64,000 bases of DNA from Blastocystis sp. Blastoise (GCA_039096225.1 JBBPEB010000006.1:868001-932000); one strand, 5' to 3'. Positions 30,469-59,458 are shown, numbered from the stretch's first letter. Numbers and translations are program-made. Notes: a model not told the origin generated them from the sequence alone.

Positions 30469-30691
30469 GTAGTATCATTTATATGCATATATTGTTGCGT
30501 TTTGTTGTCTTTTATTTTATGTTTTCTTTTTTTTTTTTTAGCTTTTTGCTTTTTGTTTTCTTTTCATGTTTTATATAATCTTTTCATATGTAGTTATTTA
30601 TTAAGGAATAATAAATAATCTTTTTAATTTTTGTGTTATTTTTTTTTATATTTCTTTTATTGCTGTTATTTTTCAATATCTTTTCTATCTT

Positions 30692-30741
<50 letters not shown>

Positions 30742-32008
30742 ATATTTATATATATATAATCATCAAATTATATCGTTTAATCTATTTAAACAATATCAAT
30801 AATACATACTTTATGTAGATTGCTTTTCATAACATATAATGAATTATTAGTCTTTTTACTTTTATATATATCTTTACTATTTGATTGCAGTCATGTCATT
30901 ATTATTATTTTTTTTTCTTTTTTTATATAACTTATGTATATCAAATTTCTTTTTGTTTATTTAATATAATAATATCTATAGTATATATGTAGTTGCTGTT
31001 ATAATTTATTTTATTTTATATTTACATTTTTTAGTTTGCTGCATACATATTTCTTATTTTAATTATTATCTTATGTGTCTATTTTTATTATAATTTACTC
31101 AAGTCTTTTTAGTTATTTAAATATTGGTTTACAATTTTATTAAAGATATAAATATTTTATACCATTAATAACCAGCTATTTTTTGTATACTCTTTTTACT
31201 CAAGTCTTTTTTACATTTAGTTTTGTTTGCGATGAATTTTCACATTTTAAAAATATTATGAAAAATAAATGATTTCCACAGTTTTAAACATATTAATACG
31301 ACAATATTGATAATAAAACATAAAGTAATTCTTGCTATTTTTCAATGTAGTATGTATTTAAAGTAAATATTTTACTACAAACTTATTAATATATAGAGAG
31401 AAGACAATTATACTTAAAAACAACTGTTCAATCGAATAATGCAAAATATGATGACAATTACTTACTTTATAAATACACTGAATGAGTTTGTTTCAAAAAA
31501 TATCAGTGAAAATGATTAAGAACATCAAATATAGAAATATTATAAGACAATTTCAAAATAAACTAGAAATTGCTATGTTTCATAGTTATCGTTTTTGATG
31601 ATGACACAAATCTCATCTTATAGAAAAAATCGATGAAATAATTGGCTGAACAAAAAATGAAGGCAATTTGAACAACATTTTGTTTTCCATGAAAAAATAG
31701 TAACAACAGAAGAGAAGATTCGAGTAGAAACATGATTAAGTAAATGTGTTTAAATGAAGCATGACACAGCAACAATTTGATTGGATGAACAAGTTCTATA
31801 GGCATTTCTTGAATTTCTCGATAGACTTCTGGAAATCTTAGAAAATAAGGCAAAATAAGGAAAATAATCACGATTCATAGTTTATTTGTTTGAATACACT
31901 TTTTTGACTTTTTATTTTCCTTTTTCCTTTTCGGATCCTATACAATTACTCAAATTCTTGTATGCATTATAAGTTTGAGGAACCATAATACTTCGAGACA
32001 AAAAGAAA

Positions 32009-37587
<5,579 letters not shown>

Positions 37588-38681
37588 TAACGCTAGGCTA
37601 ATGGTATATATATATATATTATAACTCTATATAGCATCATTTGAACAAAAAAAAACTTCTAGAATTGGTTATATATAATTATATATATAATTATTATCTT
37701 TATTTTCTCTCTGTTTTTTACCAATAAACATTTTGTTATCATTATATATCCTTTTTTATTTTAATTGATTTTTGTTTTTTTGTTTTTTTTAAATTTTTTT
37801 TAAATTTTTTTTAATTATATTTATGTATCTTTTTATTTTTAATGTTATTTTTTCCACTTTTTCTTTATTTGGTTTTATCTCCTTCTCTATTCAACTTTTT
37901 ACTAATATATATATATATATATTATTTCTCTATTAATTATATTATATACAACAGATGGAATATTATTTCCAATATCATTCTTCTAACTTCGTTTTTGTCC
38001 TCTTTTTTTTATATATAATATATACTTATGAATTTATTATCATTCATTCATTATCGGACAGTTCTATTTATATATATATATACTATGATCATTCTTTTAT
38101 TGTTGTTCAACTTTGGCTTGTAACCGTATTATTTGGTTTATATATTTATTTATTACAAATATGTTTTTGTTCATTTTCTCTATATACATTTATCTTTATT
38201 AATTCGTTTTTAATACTATTCTATTGGGTTATATATATTTGATTATTTTTATTATGGTTTCAATAAGTATCTTTCTCATTAGTTGTTTCTTCATTATTTT
38301 TATTATATTAACACTCGTTTTATCTGTATATACTACTGAAAGGACTATTATATATGTGTATAGAAAACCATGTAAAAACACTTTATTGAGGAGATTTATA
38401 ATATATTTTATATTTTTTGTTTATATTTAAAAAGTAATTGTAATAATATTTAAAGTGAATAAAATAAATAGGTAAGAAATACCTTTATTCATAAGTTTTA
38501 TGCTATTAATACTAAAATATTTAAATCAAGAATTCTAACAAACACACGAGAGATGAAAAAACAAATAAAATAAAATGACAAAGAGAAAAAATAAGACATA
38601 TATATATATAAGATATATATATTAAAATCTAGGATATGATTTCTATATATATAAATACTCACATAATATTTATAGAACTAT

Positions 38682-40354
38682 TTAGAAATTCCAATTTGGT
38701 TCGATCATATTGATTTTATATTTAAATTCATGTGTATATATATGTGTATCTAATGGCATATCCATTGGAATAAGAACTAAACATATATTACTTTCTATAT
38801 AGATATATAAACATATATAATTATATAGTCAGAATATAATAATAATAATTATTATTATTATATATATATACTAGGGAATCGATATATAATATTTCCTTCA
38901 ATGTGTCCATCTGTCCATTCTGTCTCTTCTTCAACATTTGATGTTATTTCATTCTCAACATATTTATGTATATTAGGTAATGTATATAGAGAATTAAAAG
39001 TGAAAGGAGAAGTAGGAACAGTTGTACTAATAATCGCGGGAATCACACGTTTCTTAGGAGTTTTCTAGAGATATAAAGTATTATATCCTTATATATATAT
39101 TATATATTATATATATATATTATATATTATATATATACTTTAGCATCTTTTGCTTCTAATCCTTCAAGTCCCACGAAATTTCCTTTATGTAAATCGAGAC
39201 AGTTGTCTCCCTCAGAATGAATGTGATATATAGAATAACCTTGTATATGAGGACCTTGCCATAGACCTCTTAAGAATGTGAATTTATTCCATATATCGAT
39301 GTCCCCTAATGCATATTTCTGTTTAGCCACTATAGAATAAGAAGTATAAGTAGAATAAACATAATAATAAGTAGAATAAACATAATAATAATAAACATAA
39401 TAATAAGTATAATAAGCATAATAAGTAGAATAAACATAATAATAATAAACATAATAATAAGTATAATAAACATAATAAGTAGAATAAACATAATAATAAA
39501 CATAATAATAAGTATAATAAACATAATAATAAGTATAATAAACATAATAATAAACATAATAATAAGTATAATAAACATATAATAAACATAATAATAAGTA
39601 TAATAAACCTAATAATATAATATACCCTCAATGTCTTTCTTCTCCATAATACATCGATAGAGTGGAAGTGGACTGTACATGGTAACCCGAGGATCAATAT
39701 ATGTATCTATAGGGACGAAGGGTAAGATAAGATATATAATATAATCAATATAATATAATCAATATATAATAATAAGCTAAAATAATAATAATAATATATA
39801 TATACCATCTGATAAAGAAATAGGTTTATCATTATTTTCATTCACAAATGCCCAAATTTGTTTTTCTTTAGTTATATCTTCAATCGTTACATCGAGGTCT
39901 TTCTTGGCTTCTGTTAAATAATCTAGCATTACTATATATATATATATTACATTAGAATACTATTCAATAATTTTCTGAAGATATAAAATAATAAAAGTAT
40001 ATATATATATATATATATATGATAAAAATAAAAAAAAATACAATTTTGTTGTTCAACATGTAAGTCCATAATAACAGAATCTTTATCATCTTTATCACCA
40101 TAAAGATAAGCTTCAGACATAATACTACCAGTTGGTGTCAGAAAGCAAGAGAAAGAAATATCACCTTGTCTTAAATCGATAACATGATTCGTACAAACTG
40201 TATGTAAGAAAGATCGACTTCTTTTACCTTTCAATCTGAAAACAACTCTATTTTCTAATGGGAATACTTTGTCTTGAACAAGATCACGTAATGAAGGTTC
40301 CAATTGTTTCACTGCTGAAAATGAACGACTAAAACAATTTCTCAATGCAAACAT
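38682..40354 (-). CDS. IBA57/CAF17/YgfZ-like (GcvT-fold) organellar protein, 6 exons
   Basis: Mitochondrial-type presequence MFALRNCFSRSFS; NRVVFRLKGKRSRSFLHTVCTNHV, FLTPTG, IDPR, LDLHKGNFVGLE..KKRVIP match the family layout. Confidence 0.8.
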
Positions 40355-42854
40355 GGTGTATAGCTAGAAAAAGAAAAGAATGAATAAAAGTCCAAAAAGA
40401 ATTTCTCTTCTTTTCGAGCTGGTTTCTATTCGGTTTTTGTTTTTTAACCATTATTATCATCTACTTGTTTTTTGGAAAGAATTAATAGACTCATCTATTC
40501 TCTCAATCTAAATATATATCCGATATTCCTAATGAAGTGCTTAAAAACCAATATAGCAGGTGATTTATTACCTTATTGTCTTGTTTTTTGTATTATTTAT
40601 AGTATATTGATGAGTTTACTTGATTCTTGATATTTTTATTTCATTTATAATATATATACGCACATAAATTATCAATGTGAAGACAGAAACATTGATTTTT
40701 TATTATTCTATTATTCATTTTATCATCATAGAAATGAATTTATTATATATTTAAAATGTGAATTCTTTTGTTTGATAATGAAATTATGATACAATTAAAA
40801 ATTCATTACTTTGTGGCAATATTAGTTTTACGAACTTACATAAGTTATTCATACAATTATTGAATGAATAGAATGATTATTTTATATTTAAAAAGTGCAG
40901 TAGCCGTTTTGTTTATTATTCATGGTTTGTTTTGTGTATTGACTATATCTTTGATATAGATATATAATCAACAAATAAGAAAATAAATAAAATATTCTCT
41001 TGTTCTATTTTTAGAACAAATTGAAATATAAATTGTTGGGTTATATATGATTCATATACATCATTTTGTCTTAGAACTATTAGTTCTATTTTATTTCAAA
41101 TATTAAATATATTTGTTTTTTTAAATGTTATTTTGAGTATACTATTAGATAATAATAATTAACAAGAATCTTAATATATTTATATTTTACAAACAATCTT
41201 TTAAAGATTTATTTAAATATGTTTTATTTATTACAGACTCATATATATATGATGATTGATTAGTGATACAAGCACGAAGATTTTTAGTAAATAGAAAAAG
41301 AAACACCATGTTTCCCTATATGCTTTGAGATCGATTTTATTATTATTTTATTACAGTCATAGTATTTTATGGAATGACAGATATTCTTTTCAATGCTATT
41401 ATAAAGCAGAAAAAGAATAAAATTAGACATTACCATTATGAATACTCGTAAACAGATAGGATTACTGATATTAAATGAAATATTATCTTCAATAATGTTA
41501 AAGATAACTAGAATACTTTCTAGTTGATCAATAAAGAAGACATTGAAACTTATGTTGAAAATCATTGATTATAGAGAAGAATATAGTAATTTAAAGAATT
41601 TTTTCGAGTAATATCAAGTTTAGATAACTAGCTATTCGTGAATAATGAGTAAAAGGATCAAGATATAATGCAAAACGAGATGACACATATAAACCAGGGA
41701 AATCGTTATAAGATGCGTCATAATTGGATGAACCCAAATCGTCCATTTTTTATTTTTAAAGTTTAATCTTTATGGTGCATTAAAACAAACAAGAATAGAT
41801 TTTATTTTTTTAGTAGATTAGTATATAACTGACCGAATGAATGAAGATACATCAATAAACAAATGAGCAGATGTATTTTAAATACTGTTTTTGCCGAAGC
41901 CTCTTTTAGTGATTGTTAAGTTGTGATGTACTTTTCTATTAGGGTTATTAGCTAGTTATTCTTGAGTTTTTAAATATATGTCGGATTGAGAATGATGTAC
42001 AAAGTAAGATATCATGTTCATAATAAGAAGTAACTACATATTTCGAGATATCAAAGGTATCTTTTGAAAAAACAGAATAGATTAGTTATGTTGAGAAGTT
42101 TGAAGTCATTTTTAAATGGAATAAAGGAATAATTTGTGAAAGATAATATTTTTTAGAAACACTTATCATAAAATGATAGTCATTTTTATGTAAAAAGAAT
42201 CAAAGAATGTTTCATATAGCGATAAGTTAATAAATAAAAGTAATACAAAGATGAATAAACAAACATAAAGAGTGAGAATGCGTCTTAAATCAATATAATA
42301 CATCGTATTTTATGAAATATAAATAAGTTTATAGTTCGTGTGAAGCTTTAATAAGCTTTATTTAATGTAATAAAAAGATAATAAAGAAGTCAGGTTTTTA
42401 TTATTGTAAACATCTACACGATGATGTCTAGAAAATGTCTGATTTTATTGGATAAAAAAGGAATGGTAAACGATGAAGATTAGATAACCATAGATTTAAT
42501 TCAGATTTCTGTTGAACAAAGAGTATTCCCATGAATGTCGGTTGTTTCGGGAATCCCAAAGAAGTTAATCTGCGAAGATGAATTGTGTCCATTCATCCAT
42601 CTCAAGAGGAGTGGGAAGAATCAGGAGGTTTCAAGGGAAGTTAACCAATAAAAAGAATTAAAACTTTATTAGCAACCAATAAGCCAGAATGAATATACAA
42701 ATTGTCTTAAAGTGGAAAGTCAATGCGTCATATATATTGTATTTGTTATTATTAAAATAAATCTTTTATTAATTCGCATTCTACATCTCTTATTTACTTT
42801 GATTTTTGTTGTTTATACCTTTCTTGAATTATTTCCTACTTGTTTACAACGAAA

Positions 42855-43904
42855 ATGCAACCACAAAACTCATCTATAAAGGCTACCATTCTCCAGAACA
42901 GTGATTCTGCTTCTGAAGCCTACGAAGTCACATTCAACGAATATGGAAAGAATTACAATAGTAATCAACAGGAAAAAGAATATCCTTGTGGTGAATCTTA
43001 TACTCCCCGTTCTGATTATGCTATTGTAATACAAAATGATTCAAATTATGTCTTCTACAGACAAAGATTATATAATTGGATGCTATATGTATGTTATTTT
43101 TTCTATCCAAAATTAAGTATATATATTTCTTATTTAGTTTTGTGAGCAAATGGAATATACTCATGACATTGCTTATACTGCAATGAATTACGTTGACAGA
43201 TATCTTTCTTGTGTCAAAGTATCTTCTAATGATCTCCCAACATTAAGTTATTGTTGTTTCCATCTTGCATCCCTTGAAACAGATAGAAAGAATATGTACA
43301 CATTTGTATGTTATGTTTATAATTCAACATTATGTATTATTTATATAGAAACATTTATGTCATGATACTGGTATTAATAATGAAAAAGAAGTTCGTAAAT
43401 ATCTCATGAAAATCTTAGATGTTTTAAAATTCCGTTTAAATCCTACTACTCCTTATGATATTCTATATACTATATTAAAATATGTAGACGCTACTTCTCT
43501 ATTTGATGCTTATTCAAATGAACTAGATAAATTATGTCCAAGTATATTATTATTATGTTTATATTATATAGTTTTTTTTTTTTTATTATAATGCTTATTA
43601 TATTTATTATATTATTATTATTATATATTATTATTATTATATTATAGATTACGATCTTTTGGCATTTACTCCTTATGAAATAGTAATAACAGTTGTACCT
43701 TATTTTTGGTATTGTTATTATCATTCACAACATCCTGTTCTTTATGAATTAGCCAAGACTGTATCGCGTCTTACAAAGAAGACGATATTTAACTTCATTT
43801 GTTCTTATCCTCAAGATATGGATGCCCTATTTATAGAGATATATGATCATAAACCTACGATGAATGGAGAATCACCTTTCTCTGTCACTTCTATGTATCA
43901 TTAA
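42855..43904 (+). CDS. Cyclin-box protein, 4 exons
   Basis: RQRLYNWMLYFCEQMEY..AMNYVDRYLS..CCFHLAS..ILDVLKFRLNPTTP. Confidence 0.88.
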
Positions 43905-44774
43905 TACTATTATATCTTTATCCTTATATATATATATATTTATATATATATATACAGCATCTATGTATTATATAGGATAACAATTAGGGTATATCTATAT
44001 ATGTCCCTACATTATTCTTAATTATTTTATATATTGTATATTTCTACAAATCTATATAAACAGCCAGCTCTATTTCATTCTTTTGATATTTTTGTATTAT
44101 ATATCTGTTCTCTTCTCTCTCTCTATATATATATATATACCTGTATATTAGTAATCTATATTATAATATTATTCAACAGTAAATACTGTCCTAATATTAA
44201 TTTCTCTTTCATTTATATATATAAGTCTTTTTGTTTCCTGTTTAATTATATTACCCCTAATAATGTCCTTATGTATATATATCTGAATCTTTCTATCATG
44301 GACCTATATAACTATATGCTTTATTTATATCTCATTTCACCTATTTACATATATATTCATTTTTATATATGGATTTTACTTTCTTTAAAAAAAACAACTA
44401 TTATTTTAATTTTCTATAGATTTTTTTCTCCTTTTTTCTCTGTTTTTTTTTTTTTCTTTTATTTTTTTAAATTTTTCTGAATACTATTTCTACAAATTAA
44501 TAGTGATTTCTTTATTATTAAACTTAACTAGTTTTACTTTTTATTTTTCTCTTTTTTTAAATATGTCCGTTCTAGGCATTTTTTTTTAATTTTTCGTTTT
44601 TTTCTTTTAAATTTAAAATTATTTATTATTATTTATTTCCAAATTCTATTCAATTCATATTTCTATTTCTTTCTTTTTCTTTCATAGATCTATATAGATA
44701 GTTTAATTTTAAATTTTGTTTTCTCTCTTTTTATTTTTTTATGTTTTTATTGTTATCCATACTGATTCATATAT

Positions 44775-44844
<70 letters not shown>

Positions 44845-45791
44845 TTCTGTATAGTAAATTAATTGATTATATATTCTTTTTTCTTTGTTCTATATAAACC
44901 TAGAAATATATATAATATCAATATACATTAACTCATTCATTCTATTCCTTTTGCTTTTGCTACTTCTGTATTTTATCTTTCTTTTAAATGTTTGATTCTA
45001 TATCAACTTTTATTTCTGTTTATGTTATTTCTTTAATGAATTCCTTATATGGTATTATATATGTATTTATCTATTTTATTTCTTCTTTACTAATTTATAT
45101 TTGTTCTAAAACATAATTAATTCTTTATATTCAATTATATCTTTCTTTGATTTCTCTATTTATTTTTATTTTTATGTTTTTCATTTCTATATATTTTATA
45201 TATATACTCTTTTTTTTTTATTTTTATTTTATTCAATAATAATTCTATATTTATTTTATATTGTTTTATTTGATGTTATCCATTTGCATTCTTCGTTTCT
45301 TTTTCTTTTTTTTATCCTTTGAATATTGCAACCTATTGTTATAGGCGTATATATCATATTTCTATGAGTATATATAAATATAAGTAGGTCTTGTATCCTT
45401 GGCTTCTCTTTACTTGTTCTTTATTATATTCTTTTATTTTGTTTTATTTGTACCTTGTTATTTATTTTGTTTGTATCTTTTTATTTTATTTACATATTGG
45501 CTTTGAAATACATATTGATGCAAAGTTAACATCTTCATTATTATATTTATATATAACATTCACAGGATTATATACAAAGAATTAATATATATTTATGTAA
45601 ATATTGTAATTCAATATTTAGTATTTGTTTTATTTATATTTGTATATCACTTCATGTATATCCTTTTATATTCTAACTATTCATTTATTAACGTTGCACA
45701 TTAATTATATTTTCTTTTATTTTGGTTCTTTTCAAAACATTTTATTAAAGAATATCAACAATACACACTTATAAACAAATTATATATAATA

Positions 45792-48357
<2,566 letters not shown>

Positions 48358-49610
48358 TATTATATCTATAATATGAATATATTTAAAAGAAATAAATTCT
48401 CTTACTTTTAATACTTTTAAAATAAAACGTTTTTCTAGTCTCTTTTTTTGTTGCCAATAAAAAAATCAATGTTTCGATTCAAAAAGCTTGTTTAACTTAT
48501 AAAAGAAGCAAGGAACTATAATATTCTATTGTATCGGTAAACTTCAAGTATTATGTTAGTTTTAATTATGATTCTTAACAAAACAAAACGAAAGAATTAA
48601 TTACGTTTCTAAAACAAACGTCATATAGTTGACAGAAATAACAATAAAACAAATAAAGAAAGTATTAATAATAAAACAAAAAGGAAATGACGAAATAGAA
48701 GCATTAAAAAAAAATTAAAATTACAGATTATAACAGAAGGTGAACTCAATTTCTTATCAAAGAAATGAATATGACATAATAATTAGTATTTGGAAAAATA
48801 AATAAAACATTATTTAGATATGCTAAACATACATTTAGAATCAAATCTTTCCAAAAAAAAAACAAATAAAACAGTTAGTCAAACAAAATATATAAAACAT
48901 AATATACATAAATAAAAAATGAAATACACTTTAGAAAAAAGCATCGCAATAATATCAGAAGATAACATAATATAAATAGCATAAAGAAATTTGTTCAAAA
49001 CTGTCAAACAGTGATAATGTGAATAATTTATAGATAATAAAATTAATGAAAATGTATATATAAATAATATGGTGATGTATAAATATATATAATACAAATA
49101 AAGATTGTATAAAAATATCGTTTTCTTAACTTTCAAAAAAAGTGATAGATAAATGAGCATATAAAATGGAATAAATACTTAAGAGCAAACAAATATAAAA
49201 AGAAAAAAAGGAAAAAAAATTGAAAAGTAATGTATATAAAAAAGAAAAATAAATAATGAATGATATAAAAGTGGAAATAGAAGCGAAAGAGCAGAATAGT
49301 AATTATCTATACAAAAGAGAGTATAGAGAAAGATAGAATCAAATATAAAGATAAATATAATTAAGGTATATATATATATATATAATTGAAGAACAGTATA
49401 ATATATTATATAAAAAAAATAACGATAGAAACACAATATTCCCTGTTATATAGATATTAAAGATATACTATAGTATACATAATAGAGAAAACTATGACGA
49501 AAGATGACTAGATATAAACTAGTTTATGATTATATATATATATATAGATAGATAGATATATATATAAATAGATATAATAAAGAAGATGATAAATAAATCA
49601 TTGAACAATA

Positions 49611-50982
49611 TTATAGACAAATCAGAGGATATTGTTCAACACAAATCACGACAGAATCGCGGTTATCGTACATTTCTGAGGCGATTTCTTCGAATGTTTT
49701 GGAGTTATAATAAGAGAGAAGGATTTTTCCACTATATTTTGATGGATTTGTGAATGTATATATATAGTCTTTCTGAGATGTGGTATGTAGAGGAATAGAG
49801 TATATTATACCACTTACTATGATAGTATCATAATATATTGCAAAGAGGAGGGATGTAGATTGTCCAGTCACGTGAGATGTGAGGGACTTTTCAAAGATAT
49901 CCTCAGAGAGACACCAAACAGGTGATTCACGCGTATAGCACGTATTTAGACAAGTGAAGAGAAGAGAAGAGAGAGAAGATGAAGAAGAATAGATTTTATT
50001 CGAAGAAGAAAGATTGATTGATAATAATCGCATAGATGAATAAGCTATTTGAATAGAAGATGGAATAATATATTGTCTGTCAATAAAGGAGTTTTGAAAG
50101 GAAAGTGAAAGAATACATGATTCATCATAAATAGATTCCCCTGGGAAACAAGGCGATGTTTGAATACTACCATAAGGAGAAGGAGAAAGAGAAATACTAT
50201 CAATAGGACTTGCTAAAGCATAATACTATATATATAGATATATATAAAGAGAAATAGTCAAAACATAATATTGAATAAATACAAAAGAAATAAATATAGA
50301 AATATAAAGTTATATCTATATACTTCATCAATACAAGTCATATTTTTATTTTCTGTATAATTAATTGTAAGTGGACTCAGTAGTGAAGAATCTTGTTCAA
50401 CTAGATAAATCATATATATTATAATATTATATATAAACATATACAATTACAATCTATATTATTCTTAAAAAATTCTGAAGGTTCTTTTGGAATTAAGCAG
50501 GGATTTTCATCTGAATATGAATTATTATTCATTGAAAGAAAACAAGATGGAATCTATAACGTATAAATATATATAATGTAAAAAATAATAACTTACAAAA
50601 ATATGAATTACATCATCATTCTGTAAACCATAATAATTAATAGTATTTTCCATATTAAGACATGTATCCTGATATTGAATACTCAAAAACATAATATCAG
50701 CTTCATCAATAGGTAACGAAAAATGCTATTAAAAAAATAATAGTATATAATACTACATTAAAATACATCGATTAAATCAGAAAGTAAGCATTTGATCGTT
50801 TTTGATATTGAAAATGTATAATACCATCCAAATGAGCAACAATCACAAAATAGATTCACAACATTTGTTTTAGACTTAAGACTTTGCAAGAATCCAGTCA
50901 TACTTATCGTAAATGAATAGTATAGAAATAAAATATCTATATAAGACCTTAATATATCACTATAAATATGATGAACACTCAT
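49611..50982 (-). CDS. Hypothetical protein, possible N-terminal ubiquitin-like domain
   Basis: GT-AG spliced frame joins ORFs 50758, 50258 and 49611. SIQYQDTCLNMENTINYYGLQNDDVIHIF resembles the C-terminal half of a Ubl fold. Confidence 0.55.
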
Positions 50983-52355
50983 TTTGAATAAAGAAAAAAG
51001 AGAGTCGGTCGAAAAGATGTGTCATTTCGCCTAAAAGGCGAATAGACCTGTCCATCGGGAGATTTTCTTTTTTTAAATGACGCCCTTTTCCAAGAAAATG
51101 ATTGGTTCCCAGTACTTCAAGAAAAAGTGGAGAAGATGCAACCTGTCGGTATCGCCCTATAATTTGAGGGCATTTTAATTGTCTTCGGTTTATGATGAAT
51201 ATTTCTATTTATTTCCTTAATCTTGACATTTTTTCCATTTTTTGGAAACACATCCGATAAAGAAGATGATTTTCAACGTCATAAAGATTTTTTTTCTTCG
51301 TGTAAAGAAGATCTTTATTTTAATTAATATATAGCTAACGGATGAATTAGACAGATATTATTGGTAGTTAGCTGCTTTATTTAAAAATGGATGATGCTTT
51401 TATTATTTGTTCTTTGGAAATAAGTCATCAACTAGATATCTTGAATATATTTACTTAATTGTTATTTATTAATATTCATTACTGCATTGTAAAGAGTCTA
51501 CTATAGTCAGATTTTATTTTTATATCCTGTTTTTTATTTTTACAGCAAAAATTTTATCCTTTTTTGAAACGGGATAAAAAATTTTTTGTTTGTATATTAT
51601 TGAGTATAGTTTTACTTTATTTCGGTTATTTTAAATATATTCGATGCCTACATATATATAATGAATTAAAATTAGCAATGATATACGTTGTATTTAATAA
51701 AGAAAATGATTCCATTCCTATTTCTTTCATGAAGAAATATATTGAACTATTCCTATATGTTCAGATTAAGTTCTTCTGTTATATTAAATTATTTTTCTGC
51801 TATAAATGTGTATTTGAATAGAGTGATTTCTTGTAAACCTTGTGAGATATGAATATCTCAGTAAAAATGATTTTCTAATTCATTGATTCGTAGTATAAGA
51901 TATAAAACTTTGAATAAAGTTCAAAATTAATTATCTTGTATTATTAGTAAAATCTTTATTTAATTAGACGATTTATTCAGTATTAGCATTCTAATTACAT
52001 TTTTAAGTTTTATAGCTATTGTTATTAACATAATTCAAAACAATTTGAATCATAATTCTTTTTTTATAATCATAGTAGCGTATATCTATATAGATATATG
52101 CATTATGATGACTTTTATATATAAGTCAAACAATAACAACATGTATAATCACGTTTATTTGTAATAACAAACCAACTAATTAGCTTTATACGTTTGTTTG
52201 TAAATCTCTATTTAAAATAAAAACATATAAAAAATAAAATTTAAGTAATATTCAGATTGTTTTGTTACTGACGATAATCGATTAAATTTGCTGAAAAATA
52301 TTTTGATTCTATATGTTTTTAAACTAATCATTTATTAGTTCCAATATTTGTTGCT

Positions 52356-56911
<4,556 letters not shown>

Positions 56912-57826
56912 TCAGTTTCAATATTCACTTTCATAGAAATAACAACTCAATTACTATTGTTTTATAAAGACAAACTTGTACTATAAAATCTATATTTTTT
57001 TAATTTTTTTTTTTTTTTAATTTTTCACTATTTGTTTTCATTTTTTATTAATAATGATTTGTTTTGATTTGTTTTGTATTATAGATATAATATTACTGGC
57101 ATTATAAAGTAATGTAGTATTGTTTTCTAAACACAAAGAAACTCGACATGTTAAAATTGTATATTACTTATTGCCAATCGATTATAATTAATTAAATTTA
57201 TTGATATAAAAACAATTCGATAAATAAACTAATACTATATGGATTGATATGTATCTTATTGTGGAAAAACAAATTCTCAAACAATACTATAAACTCAGTT
57301 ATTTATCATGAAATTTATAATAAGAACATTTGTTTTATACTAAATAAAAACATTGAAAAAGTTAACATTATCTTAAAATTATTGAGCTAAAACCTTGTTG
57401 ATGAAATATATATCATCAATGATTATTCTACATATAATAATAAATAAAACCCATGATTAATTCTTATCATTCAATTTTTTAAATATTTTATTCTTTAATA
57501 ACATTTCATGTTATAAAAATAAATTATTCTGAGAAAAAAATATAAACAAATAATAATGTTTCATTAACAAAAACAAAACAAAAATAATAACAAAAAAATA
57601 TTTAAATAATGATTCAATAAGTAAGCACCACAAAATAGGAGAAAACTTGATAAATATAATTAAATATTGAAAAAAACAAAAAAGCCCAACTGAAATATGG
57701 AAAACAGATTTTGTTATCAAAATGTAGATTTTGAATACAAATCAAAAGTGACAGCATTGTTAAGATGAATTACAAGAGTTTCAAAAAATATCACAACTTT
57801 ATTTATCGAAACTATTGAGCCACTCA

Positions 57827-59458
57827 TAGAGCGGTTCAAAAGTTGCGACAAAAGTTGCGACAAGTTGCGACAAAAGTTGCGACAAGTTGCGACAAAAGTT
57901 GCGAAAAAGTTGTGACAAGTTGCGACAAAGTTGCGACAAGTTGCGACAAGTTGCGACACTTTTTATATCTCATTTGTAAGCCATATATTTATTATATTAT
58001 ATATTTAAATATATAATTATAGACAGATTTACATGATGATTACATAAATAATTTTTAAATAAATTAAAAATAAGTTTAATACTCTTAATAAGCGTTTTAA
58101 ACACTAAAAATTGATTTTTTAAAGTCAAATTTATTCTATAAATATCGTTATTTTAATCAGTTTAACAATCTTTTAACGATTTTTAAAATATTATATTATT
58201 TTTATATTATAAGAATAATGTTATTAAATATAAAAAGTGAAAAATTGAATGTCATAGATAGAGCTGTTCAAAAGTTGCGACAAAAGTTAAGACAAGTTAA
58301 GACAGTTGCGACACTTTTTATATGCTATTTGTAAGCCATATATTTATTATATAATATATTTAAATAAATAATTATAAAGATATTTTCATGATGATTACAT
58401 AAATAATTTTTAAATAAATTTAGAATTAGTTTAATACCTAAAATAAGCGTTTTAAACACTAAAATTTGAAATTTTTGAAATTGATAAGTGAAATTCATTA
58501 GATAAATATACTTATTTTAATCATTTTTTAATTCTTTTAACGATTTTTAAAGTATTATATTATTTTTATACTATCTAAATAATGTTATTAAATATAAAAA
58601 GTGAAGAATTGAATGTCATAAAAGCTTCATTGAAGACAAAATGAACTCATTAAGTATAAAAGTATTTTTAAAATGATTCATTTCTTCATAATGAGCTAAT
58701 AATGAGCTATTGATAACATATATATTCAAATAATTTCATTTCATCAAAATTCAATTTTTAACATTCTTCATTAAACATCATATAATGAATCATTATGATG
58801 TAAATATGTATCTATATGATAAATAAGAATCAATTGTAATTATATTATTCTTAATTAGATGATAAAATGAGTTGATAAAAAATAAATCATTTCAAAAAGA
58901 TCTAAAATCAATCTATTAATGAAATCATTCACATTATTAAATACTAAGAATAATACAAACTATGATTTCAATTGAAAATGGATAAATAATGCAAAGAAAA
59001 TAAAATTGAAATTCATTTGAATTTTGATTAGAAAATGTAATTTCAAAAATGAGTCAAAAATGGATTTATACCGTAAATAAATCAAATTTTTGACTGTAAA
59101 AAAAATGTTCAAAATATTTTGAATTCTTTCTTTAATTCATTTCATATGATCTTTTCATTTTTATAAAATGAAATTTGGTATATATATTCATCACTACTTA
59201 GTTCATATAATGAAATATTTTCTTATATAAATATTAATTAAATATATGTTTAAATGAAAAGTTGTGACAAAGTTGTGACAAATTGCGACACTGAATTTAT
59301 TTTTTAAACAAGTCTTTTTTAATTGCCAAATTAATAAAATAATCACGGGACTCTCGCCATTATTCATGGTTTAAAAAAGTTGCGACAAATTGCGGCAAGT
59401 TGCGACAAGTTGTGAAATTTGTCGCAACTCGATTTGTCGCAACTTTTGAATCGTTCTA
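57827..59458. mobile_element. Non-autonomous hAT-type element (TAGAGCGGTTCAAAAGTTG family) with an internally duplicated left end
   Basis: Left TIR at 57827, second degenerate left end at 58259 (about 430-bp tandem duplication), right TIR ending 59458, many AGTTGCGACA subterminal repeats. Flanks GCCACTCA / ATTTAGAA do not form a TSD. Confidence 0.7.

Noticed and set aside
43542-43647. Fourth non-canonical intron (AT donor near 43566) in the cyclin gene
   Set aside because: It would give a better cyclin-like ILLLCLYYYDLL, but in-phase GT donors exist at 43542 and 43557, so it is not required.
57840-57960. CRISPR-like array of AGTTGCGACA repeats
   Set aside because: 10-12-bp units without unique spacers, adjacent to a TIR; these are transposon subterminal repeats.
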